Shown here piece by piece: positions 1 through 9,095 of a stretch of 64,000 nucleotides of DNA. Made by a program: the position numbers and the translations under genes. The stretch is taken from the NCBI GenBank assembly GCA_964478845.1, contig CAYZJT010000012.1:8173-72172 (forward strand), read 5' to 3'. Source of the DNA: an uncultured Flavobacteriaceae bacterium (GTDB taxonomy: Bacteria; Bacteroidota; Bacteroidia; Flavobacteriales; Flavobacteriaceae). Under the pieces are notes generated by a model. That model was not told the DNA's origin. It saw only the letters and a list, made by a program, of their open reading frames with translations, and ran no database searches. Every line of letters starts with the position of its first letter. The stretch's first letter is position 1.

Positions 1-2
1 TC

Positions 3-965
3 TACACGCAAGGAACCTACTACTCACCAGCCACAGAGTATAAATACGGAATGGGTTTTGATAAGGCACTTACCGATATAGGTTTTGAACAAGGCGATCG
101 ACCGATTCTAATTGATGGTGATAGCCTGGATCGCGCTGCCAGGATGAATCACTTCTTACTGCTGCGCGATGTAGAAACCGTAACCGTCTTGCGCAATGGC
201 AAACAGGTTGACATCAATATTCCAGAGGATATAGGTGATAAGATGTTTAAGTCTGGTGCCAGCCCAGTTCTTCAAGGTCGCTATCCTTTTAAAATAGAAG
301 AAGTCACCGAGGGCGGCTATGCCGATGACCTAGGGATGGAAGCTGGCGGCAAGGTGGTCAGCATTGCTGGCAGACCAGTAAAATACCAAACCGATGTTAC
401 TTATATCATCAATAATTTTCTGGAAGATGATGAGGAGTTTGTGCTTGAGTACGAGCGCAACGGCCAGATCAAGGAATTTAAGTTTTTGAATGATGAAGCG
501 TTCAAAGAAGATGGTTTTGGCATCATGATGCTATCAACAGATAACGATATTGTCAATGAAACCAAACGTGACCTGTCTTTCTCTGAAAGCATCAGCGTGG
601 GGATTTCACAGGGATACTGGACGATGCACGATTATCTTGCGCAGATGAAATATGTGTTTTCAGCAGAGGGCGCAACACAAGTAGGAGGTTTTGGTACGAT
701 TGCGAAATTGTATCCAGACTCTTTTGACTGGATCAAGTTCTGGGGGACGACAGCGTGGATATCCTTTGTTCTAGCCATCATGAATATTCTACCTATTCCG
801 GCTTTAGACGGCGGGCATGTCATGTTCTTGCTTTACGAAATAATTACAGGTCGCCAACCCAATGAAAAGTTCCTAGAGCGTGCGCAAATTGTGGGCTTCG
901 TTCTGTTGGTAGCGCTATTGTTGTGGGCAAATGGGCTAGATGTGTTTAGGGCGATATTTGATTGA
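3..965 (+). CDS. rseP: RIP metalloprotease RseP (site-2 protease), 5' end outside the window
   Basis: Frame is open from the window start; PDZ-like region followed by the C-terminal M50 motif NILPIPALDGGH. Confidence 0.9.
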   Translation, partial: YTQGTYYSPATEYKYGMGFDKALTDIGFEQGDRPILIDGDSLDRAARMNHFLLLRDVETVTVLRNGKQVDINIPEDIGDKMFKSGASPVLQGRYPFKIEEVTEGGYADDLGMEAGGKVVSIAGRPVKYQTDVTYIINNFLEDDEEFVLEYERNGQIKEFKFLNDEAFKEDGFGIMMLSTDNDIVNETKRDLSFSESISVGISQGYWTMHDYLAQMKYVFSAEGATQVGGFGTIAKLYPDSFDWIKFWGTTAWISFVLAIMNILPIPALDGGHVMFLLYEIITGRQPNEKFLERAQIVGFVLLVALLLWANGLDVFRAIFD

Positions 966-971
966 TAACTC

Positions 972-1514
972 ATGAGGGTTAGGAAACTTTTCATCTGGTT
1001 TGGTGCGTTTTGTTTCTTAGCTCTGTTATGCTTTGTTTTTAGATTCGATCTCTTTCATCAATACCACAAGACACACATGGTCTTTTGGAACCCTGAGCAG
1101 CCAGTCAAATACTCTGATTTTGAAGGCGAGATCGACTGGAATTCGACAGATGATATATGGTGTTATCATGGATTGTATCTGAATTCGGGTATGATTGACG
1201 GTCCCAAGGTGTTCGCCATATTTGATAAAAATCTTAGCTGGATTAAAGACACTACAGATCTCAATTTTCAACAGGAGCTAATCTTACAGCAGATGAGATT
1301 TGATCTTTATGAGATTTACGCGCGAGAGTTTAATAAGGCTATTCTCAAATCATGTAAAAGTGGAAAGTCTTCCTTCAAAGATCACGAAAAAATTGGCGAT
1401 AGCATTTATCCATTGTTGCAATCGGAGTTAAAGACTGTTTTCAACAGTGATTTATCGGCTAAACAAAAGATAGAGATTTATAGACCTCAAGTGGATTCAC
1501 TTTTGGCACTTTAG
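972..1514 (+). CDS. Hypothetical membrane-anchored protein, distantly DUF922-like
   Basis: N-terminal hydrophobic helix; W-x5-YSDFEG and FDLYEIYAR segments resemble DUF922 proteins. Confidence 0.5.
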   Translation: MRVRKLFIWFGAFCFLALLCFVFRFDLFHQYHKTHMVFWNPEQPVKYSDFEGEIDWNSTDDIWCYHGLYLNSGMIDGPKVFAIFDKNLSWIKDTTDLNFQQELILQQMRFDLYEIYAREFNKAILKSCKSGKSSFKDHEKIGDSIYPLLQSELKTVFNSDLSAKQKIEIYRPQVDSLLAL

Positions 1515-1582
1515 TCTTCATACCAACCCCTTTACCATTTCCCTAAGAATAAGATGCTCAAATTGCCTATAGTTTTGAATCT

Positions 1583-2467
1583 ATGGCAAATCGCAAGCTT
1601 TTTTCAATTTTAAATTTACTGAGCGTCATCATTCTAATCACATGGAACGGCTATGCGAATACTGGCAACTTTAATGGCAAGACAGTTGGCGAGCTAAGCG
1701 CAGAATACAACAACCTATTCACACCAGCGAGCTACGCATTTTCTATCTGGGGATTGATTTTTATCAGCTTACTGGTCTTTGCGATTTACGGTGTTTATCA
1801 AGCGTTCTCAAAAACAGCTCTTGAGAAAACGCAGTCGTTGGCTAATGAAACTTCGAGAGAATACAATACCTATTCCAGCAGCTATGACCCCAAAATTGAT
1901 ATTGTCAAATCGACAGCGCCGTGGTTCCTCACAGCTAATATTTTCTGTATGTTGTGGGTGGGATTTTGGCTGGAAGAGATGATTTTAATCTCGGTGGTTT
2001 GTATGCTGGGAATATTGATCAGCCTGATCATGTGCTTGCGTAAGTTGGACATGGAAGTCTGGGATGCGCCGTTCCCCATCATCGCATTTGTCTGGTGGCC
2101 GCTATGCTTGTATTCAGGTTGGATAAGTGTCGCGACGATTGCCAATTTTTCTGCGTGGCTCAATAGTTCATTTGAAATTGCCATGGGAACCCAGATCACA
2201 TGGACGATCGTCATAATTGTAGCTGCGGCAGCAATCAATCTACTGATGATCATTTATAGATGCATGCGTGAATTTGCGATTGTAGGAGCATGGGCGCTGG
2301 TTGCAATTTACATGCGTCATTCTGGTGAACTGACTTCAATTGCATACACGGCTCTCGGTGGTGCAATCTTATTACTTGTTGCAGCAGGAATCCACGGATC
2401 TCAGAATACCGACACCAATCCATTCTTCAAAATGCAGGAATGGCTAAAAAGCAGAAAGACGGCATAA
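1583..2467 (+). CDS. Tryptophan-rich sensory (TspO-like) integral membrane protein
   Basis: Multiple TM helices; FTPASYAFSIWGLI and LYSGWISVATIAN motifs typical of this family. Confidence 0.7.
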   Translation: MANRKLFSILNLLSVIILITWNGYANTGNFNGKTVGELSAEYNNLFTPASYAFSIWGLIFISLLVFAIYGVYQAFSKTALEKTQSLANETSREYNTYSSSYDPKIDIVKSTAPWFLTANIFCMLWVGFWLEEMILISVVCMLGILISLIMCLRKLDMEVWDAPFPIIAFVWWPLCLYSGWISVATIANFSAWLNSSFEIAMGTQITWTIVIIVAAAAINLLMIIYRCMREFAIVGAWALVAIYMRHSGELTSIAYTALGGAILLLVAAGIHGSQNTDTNPFFKMQEWLKSRKTA

Positions 2468-2469
2468 AA

Positions 2470-2492
2470 AAGCCCCGCAAACTGCGAGGCTT
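2470..2492. terminator. Probable bidirectional intrinsic terminator
   Basis: AAGCC(C)CGCA-AAC-TGCG(A)GGCTT stem preceded by an A-run, between convergent genes. Confidence 0.6.
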
Positions 2493-2511
2493 GAATGATT
2501 TCTAATTTTTC

Positions 2512-2922
2512 TTAACAATGCTCGTTGTAGGCACCTTTAAGGTTTTCTGCAATCATTTCTGCAGGGCGACCCTCAATGTGGTGACGCTCTAGCATGTGAA
2601 CCAATTCACCATCTTTAAAAAGCGCCATGCTGGGTGAGCTCGGCGGGAAAGGTACCATCTGGCTACGCGCAGCATCTACCGCCTCTCGATCTACACCCGC
2701 AAAAACGGTCACTAGATGATCTGGTTTTTGATTGTTTTCCAAAGACATTTTTGCACCTGGACGTGCATTTGCCGCCGCACATCCACAAACCGAGTTGACC
2801 ACGACTAGAGTAGTTCCTTCGCTTTGGATGGCATTGTTTACTTCTTCTGCGGTATATAGATGTTCAAAACCTGCGTTGCCTAGATCGTCACGCATAGGTT
2901 GTACTAATTCTGGTGGATACAT
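2512..2922 (-). CDS. BrxA/BrxB family bacilliredoxin
   Basis: NSVCGCAA (CGC) motif and PPSSPS-x-ALFKDG. Confidence 0.9.
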   Translation of the reverse strand: MYPPELVQPMRDDLGNAGFEHLYTAEEVNNAIQSEGTTLVVVNSVCGCAAANARPGAKMSLENNQKPDHLVTVFAGVDREAVDAARSQMVPFPPSSPSMALFKDGELVHMLERHHIEGRPAEMIAENLKGAYNEHC

Positions 2923-3118
2923 AATGTTATTTTTTGCAAAGGTAATTTGTCGAGCCTATAATCGAATTACCTTCTATAAGTTGTTCCTATGTCAGACTTT
3001 GATTTGATAATAAGTTTCCAGTTTATGAGAAAATTGTTGATTATGCTGCGTCCTCAGGGGTCAGACCATGCAACTCACGAACGTTAATATTTCTATTTGG
3101 GAAGTTTAAGAGGGAACC

Positions 3119-3424
3119 TTATCTCAAAGAATCAAAAAGTTCTTGAGGATCACGGCGATTATCCTAAAACGCAAGGATAATTATTTGGGGACTTTTGTAA
3201 TGATATAGAAGGCTATAATGTCCTATGATTACTGCCCGAGTATCTTCATGAACGGTAGGCTTTCCCATTTCAGGGAAGTTTCTCAGAAGTTTGAGCCTCT
3301 CACGGATTTCTGAATTCAATTTTCTAGAGTACCTAACATTCCCGTTACGCTTATTCCAGTAATCAAATACGTGGTTTCTTTGTCGTCTTGCTGTCGCAGT
3401 CCATGAAATGGTCAACTCATCCAT
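3119..3424 (-). pseudogene. RelE/ParE family toxin interrupted by an in-frame TAG at 3164-3166
   Basis: ORF stops at ILAF-TAG, but the frame continues DNRRDPQELFDSLR to TAA at 3119-3121; a TGG at that codon would restore the family-typical FWDxRxDP C-terminus. Confidence 0.7.
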
Positions 3425-3645
3425 TCTGCGTCTTCAGCTTGCAGGTCTTCATCTGAAATCAGATTTCCCTCTTGAATGTCTTCTTCACTCAAGGCAAGCA
3501 TTTCAATTTGATAAGAATCCAATTGGATTTTTTCGGGCGACTCCACAGATGTCAGGATGCTTTCCATTGCCATAAGCAGCTTTTCGTTTGTCGCAAGCAT
3601 TATTCGATCAACCAGTCTGCTTTTTAAGCTGTTAATTGTTTCCAT
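3412..3645 (-). CDS. Putative antitoxin of the RelE/ParE pair
   Basis: 77 aa, acidic C-terminus (ALSEEDIQEG), overlaps the toxin start. Confidence 0.7.
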   Translation of the reverse strand: METINSLKSRLVDRIMLATNEKLLMAMESILTSVESPEKIQLDSYQIEMLALSEEDIQEGNLISDEDLQAEDAEWMS

Positions 3646-3699
3646 AATTCAAATTTTTAAATCAAAAATCTGCCCAAGTAACTTTAAATTTTCATCTAA

Positions 3700-4104
3700 T
3701 CACGAGGCAAACATCTCCCGATATCTCTTACTTATCCGCTCTGCCAGCGCTTTCATTTCCTCATCAGTCAGCTTCATTTTTTTGCTGAAACGCATATCGT
3801 CCATCTGATTAATCGGAATCATATGCACGTGTACATGTGGGACTTCCAGCCCTATTACACTCATGCCTACTCGCTTGCATTTTACAGATTCCCTCAATGC
3901 CAGACCAACTTTTCTCGAAAACTCCATCAATCCAGCGTAAGTCTGCTGCGGTAGATCCAGCAGTTTATCAGTTTCTTCTTTTGGGATGCAGAGCGTATGA
4001 CCTGCTGCATTTGGATTAATGTCTAAGAATGCGTAGAACTCTGCGGTTTCTGCAATTTTATAGGAAGGTATTTCTCCAGCTACTATTTTGGTAAATATGC
4101 TCAT
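3700..4104 (-). CDS. HIT family nucleotide hydrolase
   Basis: SIFTKIVAGEIP N-terminus and HVHVH histidine triad. Confidence 0.92.
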   Translation of the reverse strand: MSIFTKIVAGEIPSYKIAETAEFYAFLDINPNAAGHTLCIPKEETDKLLDLPQQTYAGLMEFSRKVGLALRESVKCKRVGMSVIGLEVPHVHVHMIPINQMDDMRFSKKMKLTDEEMKALAERISKRYREMFAS

Positions 4105-4106
4105 GG

Positions 4107-4583
4107 TTAGTCCCTAGTTATATCCAGAATCTCCAATTTTAAAACCCCTACAGGCACCTGTGCTTCTGCAATGTCCCCTACTTCCTTGCCCAGCAATGCC
4201 CTGCCGATAGGTGAATCCACAGAAATGTGTCCCTTGCTCAAATCGGCCTCGCTCTGTGCGACCAGCTTGTAGTTCATCACCATGTTGTTGTTATGGTTTT
4301 TGATCTTGACGGTACTGTGGATTAAAGCCTTGGAAAGATCTAGGCTGTTTTCATCCACAACCCGAGCGTTTGCTACGACTTCTTCCAGTTTTGAAATGCG
4401 CATTTCCAGCATTCCTTGCGCCTCTTTGGCCGCATCGTATTCTGCATTCTCACTCAAGTCACCCTTATCGCGCGCCTCGGCAATGGCTTGTGATGCCGCG
4501 GGCCTTTCTACGTCTTTCAAGTGCTTTAGCTCGTCGCGCAATTTTTGCAGACCCTCTGCCGTGTAATATGAAACTTTACTCAT
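4107..4583 (-). CDS. greA: Transcription elongation factor GreA (start moved to the ATG at 4583)
   Basis: EARDKGDLSENAEYDAAKE and ISVDSPIGRALLGK motifs. Confidence 0.95.
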   Translation of the reverse strand: MSKVSYYTAEGLQKLRDELKHLKDVERPAASQAIAEARDKGDLSENAEYDAAKEAQGMLEMRISKLEEVVANARVVDENSLDLSKALIHSTVKIKNHNNNMVMNYKLVAQSEADLSKGHISVDSPIGRALLGKEVGDIAEAQVPVGVLKLEILDITRD

Positions 4584-4603
4584 GTCAATTGATTTTGGAT
4601 AAT

Positions 4604-4623
4604 TACGCTTTCGCGAAAGCGTA
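4604..4623. repeat. GCTTTCGCGAAAGC palindrome, 20-bp extended form, 20 nt upstream of the greA ATG
   Basis: TACGCTTTCGCGAAAGCGTA read directly. Confidence 0.95.
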
Positions 4624-4762
4624 CAAATAATCATTTTTAAAGAAATGAACTGTATCAGGTAATCCAGATAGACCCACAAATACAAAAATCCCTGCCTGAG
4701 GGATTCATAAACAAATATACTAAAAGCCGATTCAAGCGTTTTAAATTTACAACTTTTAGATC

Positions 4763-5191
4763 ATGCGATACGCCAAATATCTTTTTCTGTTTTTGCTGAT
4801 GGCAGGTTGCTCTGATGACGACGATCAGCGCAGCAATCCGTTCTTGGTAGACGTGGGATTTTCAGTAGAGCTGAACACCAATCTCCCTCAATTTTCCAAC
4901 TTGAACTTCAACAACGGAGTCGTTGAAGTCGACAATGCGGGAATACGCGGCGTGGTAGTTTACAGACTCAACCAAGAAACCTATCTGGCATGGGAACTTA
5001 GCGATCCCAACCGTGCGCCAAACAACTGTTCCCGTCTACGCGTGAACGGTCTTGAGTTAGAAAGCCAATGTCCTGATGATAACAATAGCTACAACCTGAT
5101 TACTGGACAACCAGTGACAGGCGGCGGTAGGTTTAGTCTAAAGCCTTACCGAGCGGTACGTGAGGGAAGTATGGTAAGGGTTTTTAACTGA
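4763..5191 (+). CDS. Conserved Bacteroidetes lipoprotein with Rieske-like fold
   Basis: Lipobox MAGC followed by acidic residues; two internal Cys. Confidence 0.6.
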   Translation: MRYAKYLFLFLLMAGCSDDDDQRSNPFLVDVGFSVELNTNLPQFSNLNFNNGVVEVDNAGIRGVVVYRLNQETYLAWELSDPNRAPNNCSRLRVNGLELESQCPDDNNSYNLITGQPVTGGGRFSLKPYRAVREGSMVRVFN

Positions 5192-5204
5192 TTTGTATAA
5201 AGCT

Positions 5205-5251
5205 CCCCGCCTTAGACAAGGCGGGGATCGTTCAAAACTTTGTTTTGAACG
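5205..5251. repeat. Two adjacent perfect hairpins (REP-like element or bidirectional terminator)
   Basis: CCCCGCCTT-AGAC-AAGGCGGGG (5205-5226) and CGTTCAAAAC-TTT-GTTTTGAACG (5229-5251), between convergent genes. Confidence 0.7.
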
Positions 5252-5291
5252 AGGGGTGGTTGGATAGCTGTTCAGATGTAAATGAACTAAT

Positions 5292-7472
5292 CTAAAACCT
5301 CACCGTCACCCCAGTCAAAAAATTGATCCCTGCCTGCGCGTACAGAAATGCAAAATCATTGGCCACTAGATTCCCCGCATCATTCGGTGCATCAAAACTG
5401 AAAAAGTAGCCGTTGTTCTCGTACTCTAGATCAAAAAAGTTATTCACCTGAAAAGTAAACGTTACATCCCGCGCCCAGCTCATCGTATTCCAGATGTACT
5501 GAGTATTCAGATCCAGTACGCCGTACGCATCCAGTTTTGATGCCTCGGCTTCTATGTTGCTCATGAATTGTTCACCAACGTATTTTGAAAACAAGGTGAT
5601 ATCCAGATTCTCTGTCGCCTCGTAGGTGAATGCACCGCCAGCCACAACGCTAGGCGAGTAGGAAATCTCCGTGTTGCCAAAACTCCTCAGTTCACCATCT
5701 CGCTCCGCGAAAAAGTCACGGTTTTCGTTAATGCTCAAGGCTAGATTGGGTCTTAAAACCAACTGATCTGCAACTCGCCATACGGCATCCAACTCCAGCC
5801 CTAGCCTGTAGCTGCTACCACTATTCTCACGTATCGGGAAACCTACTGCATCGATGGCTCCAGTCAAAACTAACTGGTTTCTGAAATCCATGTAATAAGC
5901 ATTTGCGTTAAGTCTGAAGTTTTGGCTATCGTGACGCCATCCCAACTCAAAATCGTCCAGTTCCTCTGGCTCTGGATTACCATTTTCAAAATCTACTCGA
6001 GCAGGCTCGCGATTTGCACGGGCGTAGGATAAATAAAATCTGTTTTTGTCATCCAATTGATAAGTCAATCCGGCTTTTGGATTGAAGAAAAAGAAATTTT
6101 CATCCACATCCAGCGGCAGGTTGCCTCGCAGAGTCCCTCCTGCCTCGTAGCTTATTCTTCTGATCTGCAAATCACCGTAGGCAGTCAGGTTTTCCGTAAG
6201 GTCGTAAGTCGTTTTCAGGTACAGATTTGCATCGGTCTTGTCGCTGCGATTGTCAAAATACCTAGTCGTCAGATTTGGTGCAGGCACATTAATCACATTG
6301 ATGACATCACCGTACTGCTCACCATCGTAGCGATTCACGCCACCTCCTAAAATAACGTCTATCTCATCCTTTTTAAAGTTCAAGCTGAAAACTGCCCCGT
6401 AAAAGTCGCTGTTCAGATGCCCTTGAGTAACTAGGTCAGATCGTATTTGTGAAACACCATTTACGGTGACTGGTAGCAGTCTAAAATTTAGCAGAAACGC
6501 ATCGTCCATGTACTGCTCAAAAAACCCACGCCCGTAGGTGTAGTGGCCCGAAATATTTCCAGTCCAGTTCTCATTGAATTTATGCGAGACGTGCAGCTGA
6601 TAATGATCCTGATTGTAGTTATCGGTTTCGTTATCGTAGGCTCGCCGATTGCCCTGAGCATCAAAATAAAGTCCATCAGGATTTGCTCGCCTGTCCATCG
6701 CGATTTCCTCTCTGGTCTGACCAGTAAAGGAAAGGCCCGTGCGCTCTTCACCGCCAAAAACCAATGCTTTTATCTGCGTCTTATCTGTTCTATAGATACC
6801 GCTCAGATAGTACGAGCGCAGATCAGCAAATGCTCGATCGATGAACCCGTCCGACTCAATGCGCGATAGTCTGGCGTTGAACATGAATTTGTCATTGAGC
6901 AGACCTGTACCCACTTTCACCGTATTCTTAAACGTATTGAAACTACCAGCACTACTGGCTATTTCTGCGTAGGGAAAGCGATTATTATCATCTGTCAGGA
7001 CATTGATACTCGCGCCAAATGCCCCAGCACCATTAGTCGATGTCCCTACCCCGCGCTGCACTTGGACGTTCTCGACGCTACTGGCAAAATCTTGAAGATT
7101 GACCCAAAAGCTGCCTTGGCTATCGGCATCGTTGTAGGGGATTCCATTCAGAGTCACGTTGATGCGCGAGTTTTCGGCTCCTCTAATTCTGATGTCTGTG
7201 TAACCTATTCCCGTACCGTCAAAGGTGGTGCTGACGACATTCGGCAAGAAATTCAAAAGGATAGGAATGTCCTGACCTAGATTGGTTTTCCGCAGTTCTT
7301 CCTTGCTGATTTCTGAGTAGGATACGGGTGTTTTTTTAGTCGCGCGAGTGGATTTCACCACTACTTCCTCCAGCTTTTCCGCTTTGGTTGAGTCGGCTGG
7401 TTGCGGGTTTTGGGCAATCGCTGCGCCCATGATTGCATTCAAGACAAATCCTAAGTAAAGCTTTCTTTTCAT
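5292..7472 (-). CDS. TonB-dependent receptor, probable thiamine uptake
   Basis: Signal peptide, TonB box LEEVVV, plug domain (VQRGVGTSTNGAGAFGASINV), C-terminal Phe, upstream TPP riboswitch. Confidence 0.9.
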   Translation of the reverse strand: MKRKLYLGFVLNAIMGAAIAQNPQPADSTKAEKLEEVVVKSTRATKKTPVSYSEISKEELRKTNLGQDIPILLNFLPNVVSTTFDGTGIGYTDIRIRGAENSRINVTLNGIPYNDADSQGSFWVNLQDFASSVENVQVQRGVGTSTNGAGAFGASINVLTDDNNRFPYAEIASSAGSFNTFKNTVKVGTGLLNDKFMFNARLSRIESDGFIDRAFADLRSYYLSGIYRTDKTQIKALVFGGEERTGLSFTGQTREEIAMDRRANPDGLYFDAQGNRRAYDNETDNYNQDHYQLHVSHKFNENWTGNISGHYTYGRGFFEQYMDDAFLLNFRLLPVTVNGVSQIRSDLVTQGHLNSDFYGAVFSLNFKKDEIDVILGGGVNRYDGEQYGDVINVINVPAPNLTTRYFDNRSDKTDANLYLKTTYDLTENLTAYGDLQIRRISYEAGGTLRGNLPLDVDENFFFFNPKAGLTYQLDDKNRFYLSYARANREPARVDFENGNPEPEELDDFELGWRHDSQNFRLNANAYYMDFRNQLVLTGAIDAVGFPIRENSGSSYRLGLELDAVWRVADQLVLRPNLALSINENRDFFAERDGELRSFGNTEISYSPSVVAGGAFTYEATENLDITLFSKYVGEQFMSNIEAEASKLDAYGVLDLNTQYIWNTMSWARDVTFTFQVNNFFDLEYENNGYFFSFDAPNDAGNLVANDFAFLYAQAGINFLTGVTVRF

Positions 7473-7559
7473 TGCTTTTTTCTAAGCAGGCAAAAGAGGC
7501 ATTTACCTAAGTGTTATTCAAAATTGTTGAGGTTCCTCAATGCGTTGGATTGATTAGTG

Positions 7560-7614
7560 TTACGCTTTCGTACTTCGGCAAGCTCAGTATAAATTTCCCT
7601 GCGGGAAAGCGTAA
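7560..7614. repeat. Composite hairpin related to the dispersed palindrome, carrying a nested 24-nt insert
   Basis: TTACGC-TTTC-[GTACTTCGGCAAGCTCAGTATAAA]-TTTC-CC-TGC-GGGAAAGCGTAA. Confidence 0.7.
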
Positions 7615-7649
7615 TAAAAACCAACATCTGAATTACCGGTAAGGCAATT

Positions 7650-7722
7650 ATGCATCCCTTGGCAGCATTACCTGCCCAGGTTCCTCGGGTATAATCTCAG
7701 CCGTTGCCAGCACCCCTTGAGA
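7650..7722 (-). ncRNA. TPP (THI-box) riboswitch
   Basis: Minus strand reads AAGGGGTGCTGGCAACGGCTGAGATTATACCCGAGGAACCTGGGCAGGTAATGCTGCCAAGGGA, matching the GGGG..CTGAGA..ATACCC..GAACCTG..GGTAATGC..AGGGA consensus; lies upstream of a TBDR. Confidence 0.92.
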
Positions 7723-7776
7723 CGCGGCAAAATTAAGGGCAAATGCTAATTGTGAAACAAAACAGAGCTACTTTTT

Positions 7777-7784
7777 TAAGTTTG
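7777..7784 (+). promoter_or_regulatory. Bacteroidetes -7 promoter element (TAnnTTTG) for aat
   Basis: TAAGTTTG 7 nt before the ATG; equivalent elements at 9830, 10556, 23551, 34386 and 46464 precede other genes. Confidence 0.6.
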
Positions 7785-7791
7785 TCCGTTC

Positions 7792-8445
7792 ATGGTATTA
7801 CTCGACGACCGCCTCATCTTCCCAGATCCGCTGGACGCGCCAGAGCACGTCTTGCTAGCAGTAGGCGGTGACCTGTCGACAGAGCGGCTGATGCTGGCCT
7901 ATCGGTCTGGAATCTTCCCGTGGTATAGCGATGGCGAGCCTATTTGCTGGTGGTCGCCTGATCCCCGCATGGTGTTTGACCTCACTGCGGATCAGCCTAT
8001 GCGCATCACAAAATCTCTAAAGCAGAGCAGACGCAATCGCGGATATATCGTCAAATTCAACACCGATTTTGAACAAGTCATCGCCAATTGCCGACACTCA
8101 CCGAGAATAGGACAGGACGGCACATGGCTAAATGATGAGATGCAACAAGCCTACTTAAAGTTGAATGAGTTAGGTCACGCAAAATCCGTAGCGGTTTATA
8201 AAAACGATGAGTTAGTAGGCGGACTATACGGCATCGACCTGCCAGAATCAAAGATCTTTTGCGGTGAAAGCATGTTTTCAAAGCATCGGGACGCCAGCAA
8301 GATTGCCCTTTGGTGGCTTGTAGAAAAACTTCAGGCAGATGGCTATCGCTACATCGATGGACAGGTGCAAAATGACCATTTAGAAAGTCTGGGTGGGATT
8401 ACGCTTTCGCGAAAGCGGTTTCTACAACAGCTCTACAACTGGTAA
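7792..8445 (+). CDS. aat: Leucyl/phenylalanyl-tRNA--protein transferase
   Basis: GGDLS..L..AYRSGIFPW, WWSPDPR and FCGESMFS motifs. Confidence 0.95.
   Translation: MVLLDDRLIFPDPLDAPEHVLLAVGGDLSTERLMLAYRSGIFPWYSDGEPICWWSPDPRMVFDLTADQPMRITKSLKQSRRNRGYIVKFNTDFEQVIANCRHSPRIGQDGTWLNDEMQQAYLKLNELGHAKSVAVYKNDELVGGLYGIDLPESKIFCGESMFSKHRDASKIALWWLVEKLQADGYRYIDGQVQNDHLESLGGITLSRKRFLQQLYNW
8403..8416. repeat. Palindrome copy inside aat (LSRK frame)
   Basis: Exact 14-mer. Confidence 0.95.
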
Positions 8446-9095
8446 TACATTCCTAGATTGAGGAACAGTAACCGCTCGCTGCTATCCGTAAAATCCTCGA
8501 TGCGATATTCTGCGGTAAATTGAAGTTTGATGTCCTTGATCAACTGCCTACCTAATCCCAGCGCAAACCGCTGGTCGTAGGCCGGTCGTACATCGTTTTC
8601 TGCAATTAGCAGCGTTTCAAGATTGCCCGTAAGGTAGAATTCCTTGGCATCTGTCACCTCACCATTCAGCGGTATCGATGCAGAAAACCGATACCTCCAT
8701 CGGTGGGTTGTCCGATCCCCCCGCAATCGCTGATCCCATCTGCCTCGGTGCGCGATTTTAAGGCTGTTGTATTTTCTGGTATAAACATACTGCTCGGTAA
8801 ATCGCAGTTCTTCTGGTCTGGCTTCGTCAAACAGCTCACGGTACATGACGCCGGCACCAATTTGGGAATAGAAACCCAGCTCGTAACTCACAAATTGCGC
8901 TGCCTGAATATGCAGCACCTCGGCATCTGGGCTCACCACGTTGCGCTGCTCGACAGTTGTGTTTAGATTCCATCTGGTCTCGCTTTTCCACGATAGGGTG
9001 ATGGACGGCTGCGCCAAAACCTCATCCAGCTGACCTGTTGCAAAAAATGGACATAGCAACAGGATGGGAAGAAACCTAAAACAACAGGAAATCAT
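8433..9095 (-). CDS. DUF2490 family outer-membrane beta-barrel protein
   Basis: Signal peptide; HRGRWDQR and RWRYR strands typical of DUF2490. Confidence 0.75.
   Translation of the reverse strand: MISCCFRFLPILLLCPFFATGQLDEVLAQPSITLSWKSETRWNLNTTVEQRNVVSPDAEVLHIQAAQFVSYELGFYSQIGAGVMYRELFDEARPEELRFTEQYVYTRKYNSLKIAHRGRWDQRLRGDRTTHRWRYRFSASIPLNGEVTDAKEFYLTGNLETLLIAENDVRPAYDQRFALGLGRQLIKDIKLQFTAEYRIEDFTDSSERLLFLNLGMYYQL

Noticed and set aside
4584-4685. N-terminal extension of GreA in the ORF track (192 aa)
   Set aside because: GreA homology begins at MSKVSYY (ATG 4583); the extension runs through the leader palindrome, whose frames happen to be open.
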